DNA from: Desulfomicrobium sp.
GTDB lineage: Bacteria; Desulfobacterota; Desulfovibrionia; Desulfovibrionales; Desulfomicrobiaceae
Length of the DNA: 64,000 nt
Reading direction: 5' to 3'
Assembly: GCA_040768745.1 (NCBI GenBank)
Contig: JAXGMI010000001.1
Span: forward strand, 576,001-640,000
Shown: positions 40,908-49,058 of the stretch, in pieces
Position numbering within the stretch: the first letter of the stretch is position 1
How the letters are laid out: every line of letters begins with the position of its first letter
The notes under the pieces: model-generated
Databases searched by the model: none
What the model saw: the letters and a program-made list of their open reading frames with translations, nothing else
What the model was told of the DNA's origin: nothing
Translations under genes and position numbers: made by a program

Positions 40908-41723
40908 TCAAAAGAAGCGGAAAAAGTGGTGCACAGGCCCGTGCCCTCGGCCCAGCACGTAATCGGCCCCGGCCCGGATGGCCCCGCTGATGTACTCCTT
41001 GGCCTGGCGCACCGCTGTTTCCACGTCCTGGCCTTTGGCCAAGCCGGCGGCTATGGCCGAGGACAGGGTGCACCCCGTGCCGTGGTTGTTGCGGGTGACA
41101 ATGCGCGGGCCCCGCAGGATCACGGTCCGGCCTTCGTCCCCCAGGTACAGGCAGTCGTCACTGTCCCCTGATTCCAGGTGCCCGCCCTTGATCAACACGT
41201 TGCCGCAGCCAAGGGAAAGCAACTCCACCGCCGCGCTGCGAACCGCATCGCGGGCGTCGATGGCCCGGTTCAGAAGCACCGAGGCCTCAGGCAGGTTGGG
41301 GGTGATGAGGGTGGCCAGAGGGATGAGTTCGAGCTTCAGGGCATCAATGGCCTCGTCCTGCACGAGTTTGTCACCGCTCTGGGCGACCATGACCGGGTCC
41401 AGGACAACGGTTTGCACCCCGTGTTTGACCAGACCCTGGGCCACCGTGCGGATCAGTTCGGGGGAGAAGAGCATGCCTATCTTGACCGCGTCGGCACCGA
41501 TGTCTCCCAGAACGGCGTCCATCTGGGCCGCCACGAAATCCACGGGCACGGCATGGATGCCGCTCACGCCCACCGTGTTCTGGGCCGTCAGCGCAGTGAT
41601 GACGCTTGCTCCATAGCAGCCGTTGGCCGCGATGGTCTTCAGGTCAGCCTGGATGCCCGCCCCGCCGCCGCTGTCAGATCCGGCAATGGTCAGCACCCGA
41701 TGATATGTCTTGTATTGGTTCAT
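40908..41723 (-). CDS. thiD: Hydroxymethylpyrimidine/phosphomethylpyrimidine kinase
   Basis: Motifs IAGSDSGGGAGIQADLKT, TAQNT, DPVMVA, TPNLPEA, HGTGCTLS, GHGPVHHF. Confidence 0.97.
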   Translation of the reverse strand: MNQYKTYHRVLTIAGSDSGGGAGIQADLKTIAANGCYGASVITALTAQNTVGVSGIHAVPVDFVAAQMDAVLGDIGADAVKIGMLFSPELIRTVAQGLVKHGVQTVVLDPVMVAQSGDKLVQDEAIDALKLELIPLATLITPNLPEASVLLNRAIDARDAVRSAAVELLSLGCGNVLIKGGHLESGDSDDCLYLGDEGRTVILRGPRIVTRNNHGTGCTLSSAIAAGLAKGQDVETAVRQAKEYISGAIRAGADYVLGRGHGPVHHFFRFF

Positions 41724-42355
41724 GCTCTTTCCTTGGCTGCACGGATGATGGTTCTGAGATCTGCTGCGGCGGTTTCGGGGCACAGGGCCCCGACAATGGC
41801 CGAAACAACGGCCACTCCGTCACACCCGGCCCGGATGACGTCAGCCGCATTGCCGATGCCGATACCGCCAATGCCCACCAGGGGGATGGATACTGCCGCA
41901 CGAATGGCTGACACTCCCGCCAGCCCCAAGGGCGGAGCCGTGTCGGTCTTGGTCGGGGTGGCGAAGACGGGGCTTATTCCCACATAGTCAGCTCCCTCGG
42001 CCTGGGCACGGACGGCATCCTCCACGCATCCCGCTGAAATGCCGATCAGCATGGATTTGCCCACTATGCGACGGGCGTCTTGGATCAGCATGTCCGACTG
42101 GCCCAGATGCACGGCGTCGGCACCCACGGCCAGGGCCACGTCGATGCGGTCGTTGATGACAAGCGGGATGCCGGTTCCATGCAGAAGTTTGCGCACGGCC
42201 CTGGCCTCGGCCACGAACTCCCGCGTGGTGCCCAGTTTTTCCCGAAGCTGGACGCACGTCACACCACCCGCCACGGCGGCCCGGACGATGTCCACAGTGG
42301 CCCAGCCCTTGGACAGGCCGCGGTCCGTGACCAGATAGAGGGAGAGGTCAGGCAT
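41720..42355 (-). CDS. thiE: Thiamine-phosphate synthase
   Basis: Motifs LYLVTD, VQLREK, INDRIDVA, HLGQSD, TPTK, GIGGI. Confidence 0.96.
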   Translation of the reverse strand: MPDLSLYLVTDRGLSKGWATVDIVRAAVAGGVTCVQLREKLGTTREFVAEARAVRKLLHGTGIPLVINDRIDVALAVGADAVHLGQSDMLIQDARRIVGKSMLIGISAGCVEDAVRAQAEGADYVGISPVFATPTKTDTAPPLGLAGVSAIRAAVSIPLVGIGGIGIGNAADVIRAGCDGVAVVSAIVGALCPETAAADLRTIIRAAKERA

Positions 42356-43163
42356 GGGCACCCTCACGGACACGGCAGCGCTGACAGAGGTCTTCGGGGG
42401 AAAGATTGTGGAGTTCGTCCAGAACATGGATCTGGAACGTGCCCGGCCCGCTCGCTTTTTTCCCGGCCAGTTCCCCTGCGACCCCCAAAAAAGCCAGAGC
42501 CGTGGCTGCGGCGGTCACAGGGTCGGGGTCCACGGCATGGAAGGCCCCGACCAGGGCGGAGGCCGAACAGCCCATACCTGTAACGCAGGACATGAGTTCA
42601 TGCCCGCCCTCGACCAGGAAGGTCCGGAAGCCATCGGTGACCAGATCCGTGGGCCCGGTGATGGCCAGGGTCACGCCCAGCTCGCGGGCCAGAGCCCCTG
42701 CGACCTTGGCCGCGTCTGCAACCGAATGCATGGCATCTACGCCCTTGGTCTGGGTTCCCTGGCCAGCCAGGGACAGGATTTCCGAGGCATTGCCACGCAC
42801 CACGCTGACCCTGGTTTGACCCAGGATGGATTTGGCCGCCCTGGTGCGCAGAGGCGTGGCCCCGGAGCCGACGGGATCAAGGACGATGGGCTTGCCGAGT
42901 TCCGTTGCCTTGCGGCCAGCCTTGAGCATGGACGCAACCCAGACGTCGGTCAGGGTGCCGATGTTCAGGACCAGGGCGGAGGCCATGGCGGCCATGTCCT
43001 CGACCTCGTTGTCCGCATGGGCCATGACCGGGGACGCGCCGCAGGCCAGAAGGGCGTTGGCGCTGTAGTTCATGACCACGAAGTTGGTGATGCTGTGGAC
43101 CAGTGGCCTGGTTCGCCGGATGGCAGACAGGTTCTCGGCGGCTTTGCGGGCAAGATTCGACAC
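42348..43163 (-). CDS. thiM: Hydroxyethylthiazole kinase
   Basis: Motifs PLVHSITNFV, ASPVMAH, LDPVG, RGNASEI, VTGMGC; GTG start with GAGAGG RBS. Confidence 0.95.
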   Translation of the reverse strand: MSNLARKAAENLSAIRRTRPLVHSITNFVVMNYSANALLACGASPVMAHADNEVEDMAAMASALVLNIGTLTDVWVASMLKAGRKATELGKPIVLDPVGSGATPLRTRAAKSILGQTRVSVVRGNASEILSLAGQGTQTKGVDAMHSVADAAKVAGALARELGVTLAITGPTDLVTDGFRTFLVEGGHELMSCVTGMGCSASALVGAFHAVDPDPVTAAATALAFLGVAGELAGKKASGPGTFQIHVLDELHNLSPEDLCQRCRVREGAHA

Positions 43164-43242
43164 ACTGCACCTCTCACTGCAAAAACGATCTGGGGCAGCA
43201 GAGGCGAGGAAAAGAGGATCGGCCGGACAATCCAGCCCCTGT

Positions 43243-43320
43243 CTTGCAATTCCCTTCGCCGGCACGATCCAGATCAGGTTCAACGGGTATCATCTCAGGC
43301 TCCTCGCCACCCCTGCAAAA
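43243..43320 (-). ncRNA. TPP riboswitch (THI element)
   Basis: Minus strand GGGGTG...CTGAGATGATACCCGTTGAACCTGATCTGGATCGTGCCGGCGAAGGGAA, upstream of thiM. Confidence 0.93.
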
Positions 43321-43395
43321 CAGATTTTGTCTAGACCTTAGCAGGCCTGACTGTCAATTGATTCTCAAATTACGTCACCCATTTTTTCATCAATA

Positions 43396-43725
43396 TCAAT
43401 TCGTATCGATGGTGACTATCTTCCACCATTGTGCTTTTTTCCTTGCGACAAACGTCGCCCGAAAGGTCTCGCCCTTCCCGGTGTAGTTCCTCACCGTGGC
43501 CAGCGCCCGGTACGTTCTTCCTTCATCGTTTTGGACAACGATATGCGCCTGGAGTGGATTTTTCAAAGTCCCTCCGCTCACTCTACCGCTGACCGTGACT
43601 TGCCCGCCCTTTTGCCAAGCGTGAACATTGGAAAAAACAAATCCATTTGCTTGCCAAATTCCTTCCGCAAAGCTGCTGATTGCCCAAATCAGGAGGGCCA
43701 GCATGGCCGTGCCCGTCATTTTCAT
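43396..43725 (-). CDS. Small hypothetical secreted protein
   Basis: Signal peptide MKMTGTAMLALLIWAISSFA followed by a beta-rich domain; 109 aa. Confidence 0.6.
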   Translation of the reverse strand: MKMTGTAMLALLIWAISSFAEGIWQANGFVFSNVHAWQKGGQVTVSGRVSGGTLKNPLQAHIVVQNDEGRTYRALATVRNYTGKGETFRATFVARKKAQWWKIVTIDTN

Positions 43726-44048
43726 CGTGGCGCATCCTTTCAGGTTGAGGCTCCCTCTGAATTCGTATGAAAATAATTTGTTCCTGGATTCATGGCAAAC
43801 GGTCCCGTCTGCCGGGCGACATTTTCTGGCCCTCTGTTTTTCGAACGTACGCCCGCATGGAGGGTTACCCCTCTCTTTGGCTTTTCTCAAGGGCAAAGGG
43901 CTCTTTCTACTTCTCACCTGCGCTCGTTGTCTTTGGTTCCAGGGAATCCTTGCTCTCCCTGAATCCGATGTGCCACTTGACGAGCATTTTTTTATTCTTC
44001 CCTATTTGCCTGATTCAAAAAGGTTAAATCAGAACAGCGTACCAGGTA

Positions 44049-44091
44049 AAAAAAGGTTCCGGCAAGTTGCACACTTGCCGGAACCTTTTTT
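44049..44091. terminator. Bidirectional terminator hairpin (native tRNA-Arg terminator displaced by the prophage)
   Basis: 19-bp perfect stem aaaaaaggttccggcaagt / acttgccggaacctttttt. Confidence 0.85.
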
Positions 44092-44142
44092 GAATCTGGT
44101 GCCCCCACCATGACTCGAACATGGGCAAACCAGGATTAGGAA
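44079..44142. repeat. att site, left copy (includes the displaced 3' 46 nt of tRNA-Arg)
   Basis: cggaaccttttttgaatctggtgcccccaccatgactcgaacatgggcaaaccaggattaggaa, identical to 52992-53055. Confidence 0.97.
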
Positions 44143-44235
44143 CCGTCAAGGAATACGGGGAACAGCCAGACACCTTCCGGATTATGTCGGATTTAAGTAC
44201 TTTTTCATGCGAAAAAGTGGCGTTCTGGGTGGCGT

Positions 44236-44832
44236 CTATAGGTCCAATTTTTCGTCATTCTTCCAAAAATTCACTGTTAGGAGGGTGGTTTTTCCGTCCT
44301 TGATTATTTTTGCGATGTAGGTTCCTCGTTTGAGGGATATTTTTTCCGTTTTATTTCCGTTTATTATGTACGGCCCATATTTATTGTTTGTATTTTGATC
44401 AACGAACCAGACTGTTGTTTTTTCTTTCGTAGATACTATTAGTACGTCTTCTTCAGGATGCGTTTTTTTTGATTCAAACGATTTTATAGTTGTATTTAAA
44501 TTTATTGTATTTTCTTCATCTTCTTTTGTTAATCTGTAAATTTCGTTTGATATTGGTCTGCTATTGGTGATTACAATTTGGCCAACATAGTAAACAACGA
44601 ACATAACAGCCATTGCCACAGGGACGCCTAAAAGAAACCCGTTCTTATAAGATGGACGCCATCGTGTGATTCTCCAAGCATTTAAGTTTTCATTCTCTTT
44701 TCTTTTTTTCTCATTAATTACTTCAAGTGCGGAATATAGAGTGCCGCACTTGCAGCAGTATTCAGGAAAAAATTTCAGTTCTTCTTTACTCGGCCTGTGA
44801 TGGCATTGTGGGCAAGTTTTCATTTTTGTCAT
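44236..44832 (-). CDS. Prophage cargo: membrane-anchored protein with N-terminal CxxC/CxxC zinc ribbon
   Basis: CPQC...CCKCG, a single TM helix (FLLGVPVAMAVMFVVYYVG) and a C-terminal beta-rich domain; AT-rich; overlaps the repressor 3' end. Confidence 0.7.
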   Translation of the reverse strand: MTKMKTCPQCHHRPSKEELKFFPEYCCKCGTLYSALEVINEKKRKENENLNAWRITRWRPSYKNGFLLGVPVAMAVMFVVYYVGQIVITNSRPISNEIYRLTKEDEENTINLNTTIKSFESKKTHPEEDVLIVSTKEKTTVWFVDQNTNNKYGPYIINGNKTEKISLKRGTYIAKIIKDGKTTLLTVNFWKNDEKLDL

Positions 44833-45184
44833 TCTCACGAAGCAATTTTTCTAATAATTCTTCCCGTTGAGCTTGTTGAAGAAGACTGTTTTGAGCTTTT
44901 TCAGATAGCCTATCTGCGATCTTTCCAATTTTCAACGCCGTTGGGCTTTGTATGACAGTGTTTGTTTCTCCGGTCAGTAGCCACATAGGATCAACCCCGA
45001 ATTTTTCAATTAACGCAATGATTGTTTTAGATCTCGGTTCAGCCTGTTTGTTTTCCAACCTGCTCCACGCTGGTTGAGACATTCCTAAGGCTTCAGCAAA
45101 ACGATTTGTAGATAACCCGCTTTTTTCACGAGTTATTTTCAGTCTTTCCGCTATTGAATATTTAATGTTTTTTGGTATTGACAT
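44786..45184 (-). CDS. Prophage repressor, XRE/Cro-C1 HTH
   Basis: IAERLKITREKSGLSTNRFAEALGMSQPAWSRLE..EP..FGVDPMWLLTGE; divergent from the phage gene block. Confidence 0.9.
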   Translation of the reverse strand: MSIPKNIKYSIAERLKITREKSGLSTNRFAEALGMSQPAWSRLENKQAEPRSKTIIALIEKFGVDPMWLLTGETNTVIQSPTALKIGKIADRLSEKAQNSLLQQAQREELLEKLLRENDKNENLPTMPSQAE

Positions 45185-45407
45185 GATGCTCAAAAATCAA
45201 TTATTAAATAATCAAAGTTTTTGAATTAATATTCGTAGTTGCTGATAGGCTCTTTTTTTTGGCCAGAATAATGCTTAAAAGTATCAAATTGAGTACTAAA
45301 GTTAGTGAATATTAAGATTTTTCAAGCGGCTGTTGTCGGACTTTTTGACCTTTCTGCCGACTTTTCGAGATTCAAGACCACCTTACCAAAAAATCGGAGA
45401 TCAAGCC

Positions 45408-45707
45408 ATGAACCAGCATCAATTTCCCCCAACTGAGAAGGCTTTTTTTTGTACTGTATGCGGGACCAAGGAAGTTGAGTTGTATTCAGATCTTATTCAA
45501 GGGATTTTAGACAATTCTTATCCAGTAACAGGTGAAGTGTATGTCGAGCAGCCACAAATGTGTATAGGAACGGAAATTTTTTACATTTATATAAAGTTTT
45601 TTCCCAACAAAGAAGAATATCAAAATATTGAGCTTTGCAAAACACATATTAAAGTCTGTTTACAATTTAATCATATCAATCTTCTCAAACAACAACTTGG
45701 CATGTAG
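45408..45707 (+). CDS. Phage hypothetical protein (CxxC motif)
   Basis: GGAG RBS, 99-aa ORF, first gene of the rightward block. Confidence 0.55.
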   Translation: MNQHQFPPTEKAFFCTVCGTKEVELYSDLIQGILDNSYPVTGEVYVEQPQMCIGTEIFYIYIKFFPNKEEYQNIELCKTHIKVCLQFNHINLLKQQLGM

Positions 45708-45719
45708 GAGGAACAACCC

Positions 45720-46004
45720 ATGCAAAACGGTCTCATTTTCTGCGGTGCATTACTCGGCAAAAGTCACATTAAGTGGGGTGCTAAAGCTGACCGAAAGGAA
45801 GGAGAAATGCTTAACCTGTACATATGCCCGAAGGCTTCCAATGGTTCTTTGGATGCCAAGCCCGAGGAGGTGATGGTTTCTACGGATCTTATATCGGATG
45901 TTGAGCGCAGGCTTCTTACAATGAAGCAGTTCGACATTGTGTTTCTTCAGGTCGAAAAGCAGCGTGAACGACTCGTTTTCAAACAGTTTCTTGATCTGAA
46001 ATAG
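45720..46004 (+). CDS. Putative ssDNA-binding protein (gene V positional analogue)
   Basis: 94 aa, beta-rich, AGGAGG RBS, directly before the small coat genes; function assigned from position only. Confidence 0.5.
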   Translation: MQNGLIFCGALLGKSHIKWGAKADRKEGEMLNLYICPKASNGSLDAKPEEVMVSTDLISDVERRLLTMKQFDIVFLQVEKQRERLVFKQFLDLK

Positions 46005-46012
46005 GTGCTATC

Positions 46013-46147
46013 ATGTTGGATTGGTTAATTGAAATCTGGCCCTGGTTTGATCCTGACGCTTTTAACATCGGCGCGGCTGTTGTCATCGCGTGGTGGTTTA
46101 CCGGCGTTACCATTGGTTGGCTTTTCGATCTGATCCGTAAGTCATAG
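46013..46147 (+). CDS. Small hydrophobic protein, pVII/pIX-like minor coat candidate (44 aa)
   Basis: Manual translation MLDWLIEIWPWFDPDAFNIGAAVVIAWWFTGVTIGWLFDLIRKS; AGGTG RBS. Confidence 0.7.
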   Translation: MLDWLIEIWPWFDPDAFNIGAAVVIAWWFTGVTIGWLFDLIRKS

Positions 46148-46157
46148 GTGAAAAAGC

Positions 46158-46235
46158 ATGTCGCGGCGCTTTTATCATAATATGTTGGCCATTCTGGCCG
46201 TGGTCCTGATCCTTTCAACCCTTTTCCTCTTATGA
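46158..46235 (+). CDS. Very small hydrophobic protein, pVII/pIX-like candidate (25 aa)
   Basis: Manual translation MSRRFYHNMLAILAVVLILSTLFLL; AGGTG RBS. Confidence 0.4.
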   Translation: MSRRFYHNMLAILAVVLILSTLFLL

Positions 46236-46244
46236 GGTGTTACC

Positions 46245-46448
46245 ATGTTCAAACGTATTGCTTCCATCGTCGCTGGCGTTTCTGGTGCTGTCCTGGCAGC
46301 TGTCCCCGCTATGGCCGTATCTATTATCGACGTTACAGACATGACCCCTGATGTTTCCATGGTCGGAACTCTCGGCGGTGCTATCTGTACCGGTTTGCTG
46401 GGCATCTGGGGCGTTCGCAAGGTTATTAAGTTGGTTAACCGAAGCTAG
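46245..46448 (+). CDS. Major coat protein (pVIII-like) with signal peptide
   Basis: Signal peptide ending AMA; 43-aa mature part with acidic N-terminus, TM core and basic C-terminus (RKVIKLVNRS). Confidence 0.88.
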   Translation: MFKRIASIVAGVSGAVLAAVPAMAVSIIDVTDMTPDVSMVGTLGGAICTGLLGIWGVRKVIKLVNRS

Positions 46449-46454
46449 TTAGTT

Positions 46455-46489
46455 GGGGCGGGATTGTTGCAGAACTCCCGCCCCTTTTT
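46455..46489 (+). terminator. Terminator directly after the major coat gene
   Basis: ggggcggga-N12-tcccgcccc followed by ttttt; same position as the Ff central terminator. Confidence 0.8.
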
Positions 46490-46510
46490 CTTCATAATGC
46501 TGGGGGAGCC

Positions 46511-46627
46511 ATGAATTCAACTACAGAACTTGTCATATACGCCGTGTCGAATCATGGCGCTATTTTTTCAATGTTCCTTGGCGCTCTTTGTTCGTCTTTT
46601 ATGTGTTGGGGGTTTGGCCGTGGATAA
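46511..46627 (+). CDS. Small hydrophobic phage protein (38 aa)
   Basis: Manual translation MNSTTELVIYAVSNHGAIFSMFLGALCSSFMCWGFGRG; GGGGAG RBS; its stop overlaps the GTG of the next gene. Confidence 0.6.
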   Translation: MNSTTELVIYAVSNHGAIFSMFLGALCSSFMCWGFGRG

Positions 46628-48107
46628 GAGATTGATCAAAATTACATGCCTCTTTCTTATTGCTATAATATCAATCCAGTTCGTTCAGGTAGAAATACAA
46701 AAAGAAAAAGAACGCGAAAACTGGCGACAGTTCCGCCTTTATATGGATGCTCGGAAGTCAGAAGCAAATCCGCTTCTGACTGGTGTTCTGGCTTCTGCTG
46801 CTGCTCCGCATGTGCTGGCTGCTTTGGTCCTCGGCACAAGTGCCTTATGGTGCTGGACTCATGGCGGAAAAGAGGCATGGGTGCAGATGAATCAGGCTAT
46901 TTGTGATGGGGTGGCGGTTACAAAAGAGGCTGTGCAAAAGTGGATTGCTGAGCATAACGGAATAAACACGTCTTCGGGTCCTAGCGATGCTGTCGTTCCG
47001 GTCGGCGGATATGCCCCCCATTACGACGGGTATTCTTACAAGGTTACTAGTTATTCCGGTATTGTAAGTGTGTATTTCACAAACTTTAACGGGAAATCTT
47101 CATTCATACAATCCGGCGCGCTTTATATTAAAATATCCGAAACCGGTATTGATTGGCCGTCTCATAGGTACGTAATCAATCAAAATGATCGCATTCCTAC
47201 ACCTGCGGAATTTAACCCTGCCGACTATCCGCACCTTTTTCAAGGTCCGGCCTTGCTCTCAAATTGCCACGCTGTGGCCGAAAGTAAGCGGGCCCTTTTG
47301 ACTATTCCGGCCCCCACTCCCACGGCTACGGCTCCGGCTGGGGCCTCTTCTGCTCCTCCTGCTGCGATTGTTCCGCCTGTGCATCTGGTGGCCGTGGCCG
47401 CTGATGGGTCAGCTATTGATAACCGTGGCCGCAAATGGCCTCCGCTTCCGGGCGTTATCCCGGATCTGCTGAATCCTCCTTCTTTGGCTCCGGGTGGCTC
47501 TGTGGATGTGCCCCTTGCCCCTGCAGCCCCCGGCGTTGCTCCCGAAACCGTGACCGTGCCTGCTCATATCGGTCAGCCTTTGCTGGATTTGCTGCCAGCA
47601 GGGGCAACAATCAAGCATATCGTACCCGGACAGGGCGTTGTGTATGTGCCTGCTGGCGCTGCCGCCTCGCATCCCGGCATATATCAGCCGCTGCCCCCTG
47701 CCGTAGCAAATAGCCTGCCCGCTACCCTTCCGACTACCGCCGCCCCTGCGGATACCCTGCCGGGTAATCCTACCGCTGAGGCTGAAGCAGATCCCGGAAA
47801 CCCTGCCGACATAGCATTGCCGGACATTCCCGCTTTTGATCCAGAGATGGATTGGGGACAAGAAGAGCCTTGGCCGTGGGATGAGTGGATTTCAATGTTG
47901 CCTTTTATAGACGTATTGGAAGACTCAAGCATTAACCTTTCTGGTGCATCTTCTGTTATTTCCTTTAATTACTCTATGTTAGGGGCTAATAAGACGATTT
48001 CCTATAATTTTTCACAATGGGAAGGTTTGATCAATTCAATGGGTTTTATCATTTATGCATGTTCATGCTGGTATGCTCTACAACTTGCTTTACTAAAGAG
48101 AGATTAA
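46620..48107 (+). CDS. pIII-like adsorption/minor coat protein
   Basis: About 495 aa; N-terminal hydrophobic segment, long Pro/Ala-rich region and C-terminal TM anchor; lies between the pVIII and pVI candidates. Confidence 0.75.
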   Translation: MDKRLIKITCLFLIAIISIQFVQVEIQKEKERENWRQFRLYMDARKSEANPLLTGVLASAAAPHVLAALVLGTSALWCWTHGGKEAWVQMNQAICDGVAVTKEAVQKWIAEHNGINTSSGPSDAVVPVGGYAPHYDGYSYKVTSYSGIVSVYFTNFNGKSSFIQSGALYIKISETGIDWPSHRYVINQNDRIPTPAEFNPADYPHLFQGPALLSNCHAVAESKRALLTIPAPTPTATAPAGASSAPPAAIVPPVHLVAVAADGSAIDNRGRKWPPLPGVIPDLLNPPSLAPGGSVDVPLAPAAPGVAPETVTVPAHIGQPLLDLLPAGATIKHIVPGQGVVYVPAGAAASHPGIYQPLPPAVANSLPATLPTTAAPADTLPGNPTAEAEADPGNPADIALPDIPAFDPEMDWGQEEPWPWDEWISMLPFIDVLEDSSINLSGASSVISFNYSMLGANKTISYNFSQWEGLINSMGFIIYACSCWYALQLALLKRD

Positions 48108-48110
48108 TCC

Positions 48111-48461
48111 ATGCTTGCATTCATTTCTCGGATTATTGGTTGGCTTGCTGCAAAATTTGGTGTTCTTTTTGGTCAAGGTTTTCTAGTTGAGTTAGCCAAA
48201 TGGGCAGCATTTAAGCTGCTTATTACTGCCTTTATTACGGTCGGTATATACATTATTGCTAATAATCTTATTGTCTGGCTCGTGACAACTATTTTGGAGC
48301 AGACAAGTCAATTTGCTTCTCAAGGATCCATGGATTCTCCGGTTATTCAATTAACCGGTCTTGGTGCTTACTTTGCTAATCATTTACGTTTGACCCAGAG
48401 TTTTTCTTTGATTGTTACAGGTTTTACTATTCGTGCTATTCGTCAATTTTTGCCTTTCTGA
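48111..48461 (+). CDS. pVI-like minor coat protein
   Basis: 116-aa hydrophobic protein ending IRAIRQFLPF; follows the pIII-like gene. Confidence 0.78.
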   Translation: MLAFISRIIGWLAAKFGVLFGQGFLVELAKWAAFKLLITAFITVGIYIIANNLIVWLVTTILEQTSQFASQGSMDSPVIQLTGLGAYFANHLRLTQSFSLIVTGFTIRAIRQFLPF

Positions 48462-48528
48462 AACAAGCTGGACGCCCAAGGTAAAGCCCAGCGTAGTATC
48501 AATGTACAAAACGAATCGAGGATCTAAT

Positions 48529-48894
48529 ATGAACCTGCACAAGCTCAAAAAAATGATAAAAAAGCCTGAACCATGGGTAAACATCCATATGGAAACATTT
48601 TATCAACTGTGCATGTTTTATTGTGAAAATGCAGAACAAAAAGATGCATTTGCATTTATAACTAAAATGAACAAAATATCACAGCAAGATATATCAGATA
48701 CAAGGCCTCACACCGTTTTAGAGCATTTGAAAATATACCACGAATTGGTTAAATTCTACAAAGAGAATGCCGATCCTCTTGAGGTTCAAAAACTCCAATG
48801 CCTGATTTTAAGCCATATCCGACGGCTGGAAAAAAGCAAAAACGACCTGGCCAAGTCTCTCGAACGGCATGAACAGCACTTTTTTGTTTTTTGA
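48529..48894 (+). CDS. Phage cargo hypothetical protein inserted between pVI and pI
   Basis: GAGGA RBS; 121-aa helical, charged protein; A-rich coding strand unlike the T-rich neighbours. Confidence 0.6.
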   Translation: MNLHKLKKMIKKPEPWVNIHMETFYQLCMFYCENAEQKDAFAFITKMNKISQQDISDTRPHTVLEHLKIYHELVKFYKENADPLEVQKLQCLILSHIRRLEKSKNDLAKSLERHEQHFFVF

Positions 48895-48899
48895 TTTTG

Positions 48900-48960
48900 A
48901 GTTTTCACCCCATCCCCCTTCACCTCCCTTGAGGGGCGGGGGGGTGAAAACTTTCTCTTT
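48900..48960. other. Long intergenic hairpin (terminator or packaging-signal candidate)
   Basis: 12-bp perfect outer stem agttttcacccc/ggggtgaaaact with an inner stem; followed by a T-rich run and TTGACA at 48959. Confidence 0.55.
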
Positions 48961-49058
48961 GACACGGTTTATCACGAGCTTTGATTTGCAAAGCCAGTGC
49001 CACATGGGTTTATGTGGCTCGGGTTTGCAATCAAAGCGAACCTCTATGCGGGGAGCCT

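Noticed and set aside
44097..44142. Second tRNA-Arg gene
   Set aside because: Only the 3' 46 nt are present; this is the att duplication
45150..45320. Repressor operator candidates (TTAATATTC / GAATATTAA)
   Set aside because: Short AT-rich matches in a very AT-rich region are not distinguishable from chance by eye
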